Made by a program: the position numbers and the translations under genes. From NCBI GenBank assembly GCA_944389865.1, contig CALXNX010000002.1, forward strand, positions 1,674 through 65,673: a DNA stretch of 64,000 bases, in the 5' to 3' direction. This DNA is from an uncultured Succinivibrionaceae bacterium (GTDB lineage: Bacteria > Pseudomonadota > Gammaproteobacteria > Enterobacterales > Succinivibrionaceae). The notes beneath the pieces were generated by a model that did no database searches, was not told where the DNA came from, and saw only the letters and a list, made by a program, of their open reading frames with translations. Below are positions 53,163-61,462 of the stretch, in pieces; within the stretch, counting starts at the first letter, position 1, and each line of letters starts with the position of its first letter.

Positions 53163-53179
53163 GGCACAGGAGAGTTCAG

Positions 53180-54103
53180 GTGTTAGTTTGGGCAGTGGCA
53201 AGTCAGAAAGGCGGCGTGGGCAAAACCACCACCGTCGCGACCTTAGCCGGCTGGCTGCAGCAGGAGCATCTGCGGGTCTTGGTGATTGATACCGATCCCC
53301 ATGCCTCGCTGACCAGTTATTTAGGCTTTGATGAAAGCGGCGCAGACTACAATTTATTTGATCTGTACGCAGCTGAGACCATTACCCGGGAGCTTTTTTT
53401 AAAGTGTACGGTTAAAAGCCGGCATCAGGGCCTCGATCTCATTCCGGCGGCCATGACGCTGGCCACTATCGACCGGCAGCTGTCAGGCCGCCAGGGCGTA
53501 GGGCGCATCCTGGATCAGGCGCTGCATTTAGTCGAGGACTGCTACGATGTGGTCTTAATTGACTGCCCGCCGGTGCTGGGGGCGCTGATGGTCAATGCGC
53601 TGGCCGCCAGCACGCTGATTTTAGTGCCGACGCAGACTGAATTTCTGGCCTTAAAGGGGCTGCAGGGCATGGTGCGCACCTTTGAAATCATGTCTCAGGC
53701 CGATCCCAATGCCGATTTTGACTACATCATTGTGCCGACCATGTTTGACAAGCGTACCCGCGCTTCCAATCACTCGCTGACCTATATGCGCGAGCATTAT
53801 CCCTCCAAGGTGTGGTCAGGCTGCATCCCCATTGATACCTTATTCAGAGAATCGAGCGCCCAGCGCACGCCGCTGCCTTTAATGGCCCCGAGCGCCCGCG
53901 GCGCGCAGTCCTATTACGCGCTGCTGCGCGATTTAGTGGCCCATGAGCTTAAGGTGCACCCGCGTCAGGTAAGTCCGGCCCTGGCGGCCGTGCTGACCGA
54001 TGATCTGGCCGCAGGCGGCGAAATGCTGCAGCATCACGGTCCTGAAATGGTGGCGCAGAGCGTGCAGAGCATGATCACTCCGGCCTCTGAGGAGCAGAAC
54101 TAA
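53180..54103 (+). CDS. ParA/MinD-like ATPase of the chemotaxis cluster (ParC-like)
   Basis: The deviant Walker A is SQKGGVGKTTT, and VIDTDPH is present. Its position between motB and the cheW-like genes matches Vibrio parC and Pseudomonas PA1462. Confidence 0.85.
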   Translation: MLVWAVASQKGGVGKTTTVATLAGWLQQEHLRVLVIDTDPHASLTSYLGFDESGADYNLFDLYAAETITRELFLKCTVKSRHQGLDLIPAAMTLATIDRQLSGRQGVGRILDQALHLVEDCYDVVLIDCPPVLGALMVNALAASTLILVPTQTEFLALKGLQGMVRTFEIMSQADPNADFDYIIVPTMFDKRTRASNHSLTYMREHYPSKVWSGCIPIDTLFRESSAQRTPLPLMAPSARGAQSYYALLRDLVAHELKVHPRQVSPALAAVLTDDLAAGGEMLQHHGPEMVAQSVQSMITPASEEQN

Positions 54104-55071
54104 TGTCGCTTAGTCATCAGGATAAAGAGGCTCAGACCTTATTAAATTATTTTCAGCAGATGCTGGCCGATCGCCTTGATCCGCCCTCAGCTGAGGCCGC
54201 CCCGGCGCAGCCTGCAGTCCCGGCCGCACCTGCAGCGCCGGTGTCGGCGCCGGCCCCCGCTCCCGTGGAGCAGATGCCGACCCCTGCACTGCAGCCGCAG
54301 CCTAAGGCGCAGGAGCAGGAGCGTACGCACAGCCTGCCTACCTTGGAGCGCAGCCCGACGCAGAGTCTGGAGCAGCTGCTGCAGAGCGTGGAAGCGGCGG
54401 CTGCGGTGCAGACTGAAGTTAAGACGGAGCCTGAAACTGCGGCTGCAGTTAAGACCAAGACCCAGACTGCAGCTGATACTGAAACTAAGACCCGGAGGGC
54501 GGTGCAGCAGAGCGCGCAGACTGCGGCGGTCCGGACTGAGGAGCAGACGGTAAAGGCTGAGCCGGCGCCGGCCTTAGGTTTTGATCCGGCGCAGTGGCGT
54601 AATTTAGATACTTTAGAGGAATTTCAGACCCTGTTCTTTATTGCCCAGGGCGTGCGCTTTGCCGTGCCGCTGATCGATTTGGGCGGCATCTTTGAATACG
54701 ATAAGCTCACCACGCTGTTCGGCAAGCCCGACTGGTATTTGGGCATGACCGATATTCGCGGGCGCAAGATCAATGTGGTCGATACGCTGCGCTGGGTCAG
54801 CCCGGAGGCTGAAGCGCGGGAGGAGAAATACCCGTATATTATTGCGCTGGGGCAGAGTAAATGGGCCTTGGGCTGTGATGAGCTGGAGGGCAATAAGACC
54901 ATTTCCCGCGATGCGGTGAAGTGGCGGCAGACTCCCGGATCGCGACCGTGGCTGGCCGGCATTGTTAAGGATCAGCGCTGTGCGCTCCTGCATGTGCAGG
55001 CTTTAATCGCCCTGTTTGATAAAGGCATCGGCAATGCCGATCTGGAACGCGAGTTTGAGCAGTCTGCCTGA
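54103..55071 (+). CDS. CheW-domain protein with a long disordered N-terminus (ParP-like)
   Basis: The start overlaps the preceding stop (TAATG). The N-terminal 170 aa are rich in Ala, Pro, Gln and Thr. The C-terminal 150 aa are CheW-like (FFIAQGVRFAVPLIDLGGI...). Its position is as for parP. Confidence 0.7.
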   Translation: MSLSHQDKEAQTLLNYFQQMLADRLDPPSAEAAPAQPAVPAAPAAPVSAPAPAPVEQMPTPALQPQPKAQEQERTHSLPTLERSPTQSLEQLLQSVEAAAAVQTEVKTEPETAAAVKTKTQTAADTETKTRRAVQQSAQTAAVRTEEQTVKAEPAPALGFDPAQWRNLDTLEEFQTLFFIAQGVRFAVPLIDLGGIFEYDKLTTLFGKPDWYLGMTDIRGRKINVVDTLRWVSPEAEAREEKYPYIIALGQSKWALGCDELEGNKTISRDAVKWRQTPGSRPWLAGIVKDQRCALLHVQALIALFDKGIGNADLEREFEQSA

Positions 55072-55151
55072 TTGCGCCGCAGATCATGCTTTGCAGGCAG
55101 AGAATAGGTTACAATAAATCAGGAAAACTCAGAACAATGAGGATATAAATC

Positions 55152-55652
55152 ATGGCAAATGAGAGTGCAGCCGCAATCCCCGCCGGCGATCTGGAAAAAG
55201 ACGGAGAGCTTAAGCGCTGGGTGACTTTCCAGCTGGATAAGGAAATGTACGGCGTCAATGTGATGCAGGTGCGTGAAGTGCTGCGTTACTCTGATATTGC
55301 GCCGGTGCCGGGCGCTCCGGCATACGTGCTGGGCATTATCAATCTGCGCGGCAATGTGGTGACGGTGATCGACACCAGAATGCGCTTCGGTCTGCCTTCC
55401 GCTGACATTACCGACAGCACGCGCATTATGATCATTGAAAGCGAGAAGCAGGTGATCGGCATCCTGGTGGACTCAGTGGCTGAGGTGGTTGATCTCAATA
55501 GCGCCGATATCGATGATACGCCGAATGTCGGTACTGAGGAAAGCGCCAAGTTCATCTGCGGCGTATGCAACCGTGAGAACGAGCTTTTGATCTTAATTGA
55601 TCTCAATAAGCTCTTATCCGAGGAAGAGTGGCAGGAAGTCGCTAATCTCTAA
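55152..55652 (+). CDS. cheW: Chemotaxis coupling protein CheW
   Basis: The sequence WVTFQLDKEMYGVNVMQVREVL...VPGAPAYVLGIINLRGNVVTVIDTR...IGILVDSVAEV is canonical CheW. Confidence 0.93.
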   Translation: MANESAAAIPAGDLEKDGELKRWVTFQLDKEMYGVNVMQVREVLRYSDIAPVPGAPAYVLGIINLRGNVVTVIDTRMRFGLPSADITDSTRIMIIESEKQVIGILVDSVAEVVDLNSADIDDTPNVGTEESAKFICGVCNRENELLILIDLNKLLSEEEWQEVANL

Positions 55653-55671
55653 GCCTGCGTAAGCTCGGTGC

Positions 55672-56457
55672 GTGATGCAGACCTATACTGATCTGATCCT
55701 GCTTTCCATCATCGGGGGCGCAGTGCTTCTTCTGCTGCTCCTGCTCATCTTCTTTGTACTGTTGCAGCGCCGCTGCAGCGAGGTGGAGCGCGCGGGGGCA
55801 GCCGAGCTTAATGCCGTCCAAATAAAGCTGCAGCACGCCTTAACTGAAGCCGCCGGCCTGCAGACTAAGCTGCAGGCGCTGCAGCAGCAGTATGAAAGCC
55901 AGCAGAAAAAGCTGAGCTCTGCAGAAAACCAGCTGTCCTATCTGCGCAGTACCCAGGATGAATGCATCGACGAGCTCAAGGAGCTGCGCGAGCGCCTGGG
56001 GCAGCTGCAGGTCCATCAGGATGTGCAGCAGAAGCTGATTGAAGAGCAGGATCCCGATCATGAATCCCTGCTGCAGGCCAAAAAGCTGATTGCCAAAGGA
56101 CTGCCCTTGGACGAGGTGCAGAAGCTTACAGGCATGCCGCGCGCGGAGCTCGATATGCTCAAGAGCGTGCAGGATCAAAAGAGCGCTCAGGAAGAGGCCG
56201 CACTGGCCAAAGCCCAGGCCGCAGCCAAACCGGCTCCGACCCTGCAGCCGCAGCCGGGCGTCGTTGATCTCAATGCCCCGGAGGAAAAAGCAGAGGAGCC
56301 GCTCTCGATTGAGGAGCAGGCGCATGCCTTAAGCGAGGCCTTTGTGCAGCAGCACCGGCACGCAGAAGCTCCCGCTCCGCAGCCCCAGCGTCCGGCCGCA
56401 TCCCTGCGCGCCCGCAGCGCCTACGGCATTAAATCTCTGCGCGGCCGCGGCCATTAA
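55672..56457 (+). CDS. Membrane-anchored coiled-coil protein, probably DUF2802 family (commonly follows cheW)
   Basis: It has an N-terminal TM helix (LILLSIIGGAVLLLLLLLIFFVLL). A long Gln/Leu coiled coil follows. There is an HTH-like segment LIAKGLPLDEVQKLTGMPRAELDML. The family assignment is from memory of gene neighbourhoods. Confidence 0.45.
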   Translation: MMQTYTDLILLSIIGGAVLLLLLLLIFFVLLQRRCSEVERAGAAELNAVQIKLQHALTEAAGLQTKLQALQQQYESQQKKLSSAENQLSYLRSTQDECIDELKELRERLGQLQVHQDVQQKLIEEQDPDHESLLQAKKLIAKGLPLDEVQKLTGMPRAELDMLKSVQDQKSAQEEAALAKAQAAAKPAPTLQPQPGVVDLNAPEEKAEEPLSIEEQAHALSEAFVQQHRHAEAPAPQPQRPAASLRARSAYGIKSLRGRGH

Positions 56458-56575
56458 GCCTTTTTAGCAAAGTTAAATCTGCACTTGGCAAGCGGTGTGA
56501 TCGCACAACAGAGCTTATTTAAAAATATTTTTGTAAAAAACGTGATCTATCGCAAAAAATTGGTATAATAGCACC

Positions 56576-56641
56576 AACTTCGTAAGACACTCCTTATTTG
56601 ATGACGAGGGAGGATCATCATCCTCCCTTGTTAATTTTTTT
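56576..56641 (+). ncRNA. Candidate small RNA (about 65 nt) between an extended -10 promoter and an intrinsic terminator
   Basis: TGGTATAAT (56561-56569) is an extended -10 element. The hairpin is agggaggat-catc-atcctccct (56607-56628), followed by ttgttaattttttt. No downstream plus-strand gene exists; the next gene is convergent. Confidence 0.3.
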
Positions 56642-56800
56642 CAAATCCCCTGTAGTTTCATCCTTTTTATTTCTCAGCGCCGCAGCATTTTCGGCTCCCG
56701 ACCTAACTCTCAGTCTGCAGATCGCTGCGATTTCCGGCGGGAGATAAAACTGCTGCTGAGGCTTTACGCTGCGGCCGTCTGCCTGCGCCGCTCAGCGCCC

Positions 56801-56831
56801 AAAACAAAACAGGCCCCCGTATGGGAGCCTG
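56801..56831 (-). terminator. Rho-independent terminator of the potABC-like operon
   Basis: On the minus strand the sequence is caggctccc-atac-gggggcctg followed by ttttgtttt. It lies 22 nt downstream of the potC stop. Confidence 0.55.
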
Positions 56832-56852
56832 TGCCTTGAGCCTGAGCTGAGC

Positions 56853-57776
56853 CTAAGCCTTGGATTTATAGAGGCGGCGGTGCTCAATCACCGCCTTCTC
56901 CTCTATCAGCATCGCCCGGGCGGCCTTAGCGCGGTCGGCTGCCATGCGCTTCTGCTTGCGCGTCATGGACAGCCAGGCAAAGAAGGTGCACACCGAGACA
57001 ATGGCGACGATGATGGTGGCCAGCGCGTTGATCTCAGGCGATAAGCCGCGGCGCACGCTGGAGAAGATCAGCATCGGCAGAGTGGTGCTGTCCGGGCCGG
57101 CGATGAAGCTGGTGATCACCAGATCATCCATCGACATGGTGAAGGACAGCAGGAAGGCGGCCACTTCAGCGGGCATAATGGCCGGCAGAATGATGGCAAA
57201 GAACACCTTGATGGGGCCGGCGCCTAAGTCCATGGCGGCCTCTTCAATGCTGATGTCCAGCTCTCTAAAGCGCGAGCGGATCACCACCGTGGTATAGGCC
57301 GAGCAGAAGGTCACATGCGCAATCCAGATGGCGATCACGCCTCTATCTGAAAAGAACGGAATGACGTTGCCCAGGGTTACGAAGAGCAGCAGCAGAGCAA
57401 GGCCGGTGATCACTTCAGGCAGCACCATCGGGGCGGTCATGAAGAGCACGAAGGCGCTCTCGCCCTTAAAGGAGCGCACGCGCACCAGCACGAAGGCGGC
57501 GAGGGTACCGATCACCACCGCGGTGCACGAGGTCAACACGGCAATGAGCAGCGAGATGCCGACCGCATCGATAATGGCCTTATCGTGAACTAAGGCGCCG
57601 TACCACTTCAGCGACGCTTCCGTCCACACCGTCACCATCTTGGACTCATTGAAGGAGTACACAATCAAGGTGCCGATGGGCAGATATAAAAAGACTAAGG
57701 TCAGAATAATAATGACCAGTCGGGCCGCAGCCGGCTTATTTACCCGCATAAAGCTTCTCCTGTTCACGACGCTCAA
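56853..57776 (-). CDS. potC: Polyamine ABC transporter permease (PotC/PotI-like)
   Basis: It has six TM helices. The EAA-type loop is IEEAAMDLGAGPIKVFFAIILP. The start is probably the internal Met at 57749. Confidence 0.85.
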   Translation of the reverse strand: MSVVNRRSFMRVNKPAAARLVIIILTLVFLYLPIGTLIVYSFNESKMVTVWTEASLKWYGALVHDKAIIDAVGISLLIAVLTSCTAVVIGTLAAFVLVRVRSFKGESAFVLFMTAPMVLPEVITGLALLLLFVTLGNVIPFFSDRGVIAIWIAHVTFCSAYTTVVIRSRFRELDISIEEAAMDLGAGPIKVFFAIILPAIMPAEVAAFLLSFTMSMDDLVITSFIAGPDSTTLPMLIFSSVRRGLSPEINALATIIVAIVSVCTFFAWLSMTRKQKRMAADRAKAARAMLIEEKAVIEHRRLYKSKA

Positions 57777-58719
57777 TCTTATAGAAGATCATGATCGGAA
57801 TGATTAAGATCACCAGCATGGTGATGGCGACCGCGGAGGCCAGCGGCCAGTCGCGATTGTTGAAGAACTCCTGCCACAAAATGCGGCCGATTAGGATGGA
57901 GCTCTTGCCGCCTAAAAGTTCAGGGATCACGTACTCGCCCAAGGCCGGAATGAACACCAGCATCGAGCCTGCAATAATGCCGTTTTTAGTCTGCGGCACC
58001 AGGGTGCTGAAGAAGGTCTTTACCGGACGGCAGCCTAAATCGTAGGCCGCTTCGATGAGGGAATAATCCACCTTCATTAAAGCGGAGAACAAAGGCAGCA
58101 CCATGTAGGGCAGATAACAGTAGACAATGCCGACATAGACCGCAAAGTCCGTCTGCAGCATCTGTATCGGGCTGTCGATGATCCCGAGCGCCATCAGGAC
58201 ATCGTTGATGAGTCCGTCCTTTTTCATGATGGTCATCCAGGCGTAGATCCGGACCACTAAGGAGGTCCAGCTGGGCATGATCACCAGCATGAAGAGCACG
58301 TTGCGCACGGCAGGCTTGGAGGTGGCAAGCGCCCAGGCGATGGGATAACCGATGAGGAGGCAGAACACCGTCGAGAAGGCCGCGACCTGCAGGGACTTCA
58401 AGTATGAGCGGATGTAGGTGCCGTCCGGATCGGTGAAGATGCTGGTGTAGTTTTCCAAATGCAGAATGATCTGCATGGCCCCTTCTTCAAAGGTCACCAG
58501 GGGTGAATAGGGTGGAATGGCAATTTCCGTCACCGACAGGGAGATCTTGAAGATGATAAGAAAGGGCAGCAGGAAAAAGATGAGCATCCAGACGTAGGGC
58601 AGGAAGATCAGAGCGTAATCGCGCCAGGTATTATTATGCACCGCCATTGAAGGCTCCTTCCGCCGGCGCTGGAAGGCGCGGCGGATATAGGTCATATTGA
58701 CGCTGAATCCGGTGGACAT
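57736..58719 (-). CDS. potB: Polyamine ABC transporter permease (PotB/PotH-like)
   Basis: The EAA loop is LIEAAYDLGCRPVKTFFSTLVPQT. It has six TM helices. It follows the ATPase gene. Confidence 0.85.
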   Translation of the reverse strand: MSTGFSVNMTYIRRAFQRRRKEPSMAVHNNTWRDYALIFLPYVWMLIFFLLPFLIIFKISLSVTEIAIPPYSPLVTFEEGAMQIILHLENYTSIFTDPDGTYIRSYLKSLQVAAFSTVFCLLIGYPIAWALATSKPAVRNVLFMLVIMPSWTSLVVRIYAWMTIMKKDGLINDVLMALGIIDSPIQMLQTDFAVYVGIVYCYLPYMVLPLFSALMKVDYSLIEAAYDLGCRPVKTFFSTLVPQTKNGIIAGSMLVFIPALGEYVIPELLGGKSSILIGRILWQEFFNNRDWPLASAVAITMLVILIIPIMIFYKIERREQEKLYAGK

Positions 58720-58734
58720 GGCAGCTTGCTCCTG

Positions 58735-59982
58735 TTAGAAGGTCAAGGCGATGCAGGACTCCGGGTCCCAGCTTAAATAGACATGATCATCCCAGGTCGG
58801 CAGACCGGTCTTGAAGCGATCGACGTTCGGCAGGGTGGCGCAGACAATGCGGCCGCCGATAAGGCGCACGTAGTAGATGGAGATGTCGCCCAAATAAGCG
58901 ATGTTTTCTACCGTGCCTTCGCACCAATTGGTCTTTTCCTCCGGCTCTTCATGGGAGATATAGATCTTCTCCGGACGCAGCGCGATGGTCAGCGGCATGC
59001 CGTCTGCCAGATCGATATCGTGCGTGAGCTCAATATTATTCTTAAAGTCCTTAGAGGCAATCAGCGACTGCGCGGCATTGGAGGTAATTAAATGGCAGTC
59101 GAAGATGTTGACCGAGCCGATAAATTCCGCGCAGAAGCGGCAGTTGGGGTTCTCGTAAATCTCGCGCGGACCGCCGATCTGCAGAAACTCGCCCTTATCC
59201 ATAATGGCAATGCGATCGGCCATGGTCATGGCCTCTTCCTGATCGTGCGTTACCATGAGGCAGGTTACGCCCACGGAATTGATGATGTCCACAAGCTCCA
59301 GGCGCATCTGCTCGCGCAGCTTCTTATCGAGAGCTCCCATGGGCTCGTCGAGCAGGAGCACGCGCGGCTCCTTGGCCAGCGAGCGGGCTAAAGCCACGCG
59401 CTGACGCTGACCGCCGGAGAGCTGATAGGGCTTTCTGTCGACATACTCTTCCATGTGCACTAAGCGCAGCATTTTCTCGACGCGCTCTTCGATCTGGGCC
59501 TTGGGCAGCTTGGACTGCTTGAGGCCGAAGGCGATGTTCTGCTTTACCGTCATGTACGGGAATAAGGCGTAGGACTGGAACATCATATTGACCGGGCGCT
59601 TGTAGGGCGGCACGCCGATAAGCTCGCGGCCGTCCAGCAGAATGCTGCCGGAGGTCGGAGTTTCAAAGCCGGCCAGCATGCGCAGCAGGGTGGACTTGCC
59701 GCAGCCTGAGGATCCTAAGAGCGCAAAGATCTCGCCCTGATAGAGGGTCAGATCAACGTCATTGACCGCAGTAAAAGCCTCAAACTGCTTAGTTAAATGC
59801 TTAATCTCTAAGATGGGTTTGCGGTTCTGCTGCTGCGGGGTGGGTTTCTGCCCGGGCAGCTGGCCGGGTAAATGCATTTGCTTTACCGGCTGATTCTGCT
59901 GGGCTGCAGTATTTTCTTCGGCAGCTGCCTGCGCAGCTGCAGCGCGTTCAGTTGTCATGTCCACTGGCGCTTCAATCTCCAC
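58735..59982 (-). CDS. potA: Polyamine ABC transporter ATPase (PotA/PotG-like) with a roughly 55-aa Gln/Ala/Pro-rich N-terminal extension
   Basis: The Walker A is GSSGCGKSTLLRMLAG, the signature is LSGGQRQRVALAR, and the Walker B is LLLDEP. A C-terminal TOBE-like domain is present. Confidence 0.9.
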   Translation of the reverse strand: MEIEAPVDMTTERAAAAQAAAEENTAAQQNQPVKQMHLPGQLPGQKPTPQQQNRKPILEIKHLTKQFEAFTAVNDVDLTLYQGEIFALLGSSGCGKSTLLRMLAGFETPTSGSILLDGRELIGVPPYKRPVNMMFQSYALFPYMTVKQNIAFGLKQSKLPKAQIEERVEKMLRLVHMEEYVDRKPYQLSGGQRQRVALARSLAKEPRVLLLDEPMGALDKKLREQMRLELVDIINSVGVTCLMVTHDQEEAMTMADRIAIMDKGEFLQIGGPREIYENPNCRFCAEFIGSVNIFDCHLITSNAAQSLIASKDFKNNIELTHDIDLADGMPLTIALRPEKIYISHEEPEEKTNWCEGTVENIAYLGDISIYYVRLIGGRIVCATLPNVDRFKTGLPTWDDHVYLSWDPESCIALTF

Positions 59983-60271
59983 TTGCCGTCCGGTGTCGGA
60001 CGGGGGGCTGATAAGAAAATCCTGAGATGCTCAGGAGCCTTTAAATTTTCCGCTATCTTAAATAAAAATTTTAAAATTAAAAGCACTTTTTGCCCCTCAC
60101 CCCGGCTTTTTTGCATTTTTGCCTGACGCTTAGTACTAATTGATTGTTTTATCGTAGAAATATTTTTATTAACGCGGATTTTACTCAGCTGTTTTCGCCC
60201 TTGTCTGCAGGCATAATCCCGCGGTTTTCAGCTTGCAATCTCGCTATGGGGCCGCTACATTTAGGACACTT

Positions 60272-61462
60272 ATGAACGATTTTGAATTGGCGCGCCGCAC
60301 CCGCTTCGTGTTTGGGCGCAATAAAGAAAATGAAGCCGGCCATTTAATTAAATATGCCGGCGGCAGCCGCGTGCTCTTAGTTACCGGGCAGCAGAGCGCC
60401 CGCGTCACCGGGCTGACTGAGCGCATCAAGCGCTCCCTGGATCGCTCAGGCCTTGAAGTGCGCGAGCTTACCGGCGTCAGTTCCAGCCCCGCCCTTGACA
60501 AGGTGCGCCAGGGTATCAGAATGTGCCGGGAGAGCGGCATTGATTATGTGCTGGCAGCCGGCGGCGGCTCGGTCATTGATACGGCCAAGGTGATCTGCGC
60601 CGGGGTCTTTTATGAAGGCGATGCCGAGGAGCTCTTTACCAAAAAGCGCATTATTGTCAGAAGCCTGCCCTTGGGCGGCGTGCTGACTATCCCCGGCTCC
60701 GGAGCCGAAAGCTCGCAGGAGGCGGTGCTGACCTGTCAGTCAGAGTCCGGACGCCGCCTGCTGTCGGCCGGCTACAGCTGCTTTGCTTTAGATTTTGTGA
60801 TCTTAAACCCGGAGCTGACCTTCTCGCTGCCGCCCAGGCTTACCGCTTACGGCTGCGCGGATCTGCTGGCCCACGCGGCCGCGTACTACTTCTCGCCCAC
60901 CCCGGGCACGGATTTAGGCGACCGGCTGTGCGAGGGGCTGATGCAGTCGGTGCTCAATATCATGGCGGAATTGGCGCGTGATCCGAAAAGCTACGACGCG
61001 CGGGCCAATTTAATGTGGGCCTCAGCCATGGCGCAGGACGGCATGCTCACCGCAGGGCGCGTCCCGGATCCGGCGGTGCAGCAGCTTGAGCGCACGCTCT
61101 GCGCCTGCTGTCAGCTGCCTCTGGGCAGCGCCGTCAGCGTGATCCTGCCTGCCTGGATGACCTTTGCCGCACAGTCCTGCCCTGAGCGGCTGGCGCAGTT
61201 TGCCGTGCGCGTCATGGGCACACCGCTTAGCTTTGATGATCTGCGCTTTACTGCAGGACAGGGTATTGAGCGGCTGCGCTCCTTCTTTCGGCTTCTGGGG
61301 CTGCCGCAGCGTTTGACCGATGTGGGCGCAGATGCGGCGCGGGCGGCTGAAATAGTTAATCTGCTGCCCTTTGGGCCTGACGGCACTATCGGCACCCTAG
61401 TGCGCCTTGACAGAGCAGCCTGCGAGGCCGTTTACTGCATCGCAGCCAATCCTGAGCTTTAA
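60272..61462 (+). CDS. Iron-containing (group III) alcohol dehydrogenase family oxidoreductase
   Basis: The ORF was trimmed to MNDFELARRTRFVFG. GGGSVIDTAK (NAD-binding) is present. The overall length and pattern resemble YqhD/butanol dehydrogenase-like enzymes. Confidence 0.8.
   Translation: MNDFELARRTRFVFGRNKENEAGHLIKYAGGSRVLLVTGQQSARVTGLTERIKRSLDRSGLEVRELTGVSSSPALDKVRQGIRMCRESGIDYVLAAGGGSVIDTAKVICAGVFYEGDAEELFTKKRIIVRSLPLGGVLTIPGSGAESSQEAVLTCQSESGRRLLSAGYSCFALDFVILNPELTFSLPPRLTAYGCADLLAHAAAYYFSPTPGTDLGDRLCEGLMQSVLNIMAELARDPKSYDARANLMWASAMAQDGMLTAGRVPDPAVQQLERTLCACCQLPLGSAVSVILPAWMTFAAQSCPERLAQFAVRVMGTPLSFDDLRFTAGQGIERLRSFFRLLGLPQRLTDVGADAARAAEIVNLLPFGPDGTIGTLVRLDRAACEAVYCIAANPEL

Noticed and set aside
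56601-56747. 48-codon ORF (MTREDHHPPLLIFFKSP...) in the cheW-cluster/potC gap
   Set aside because: It has no Shine-Dalgarno sequence. It runs straight through the terminator hairpin and T-run, and its translation is low-complexity. The sRNA interpretation is favoured.
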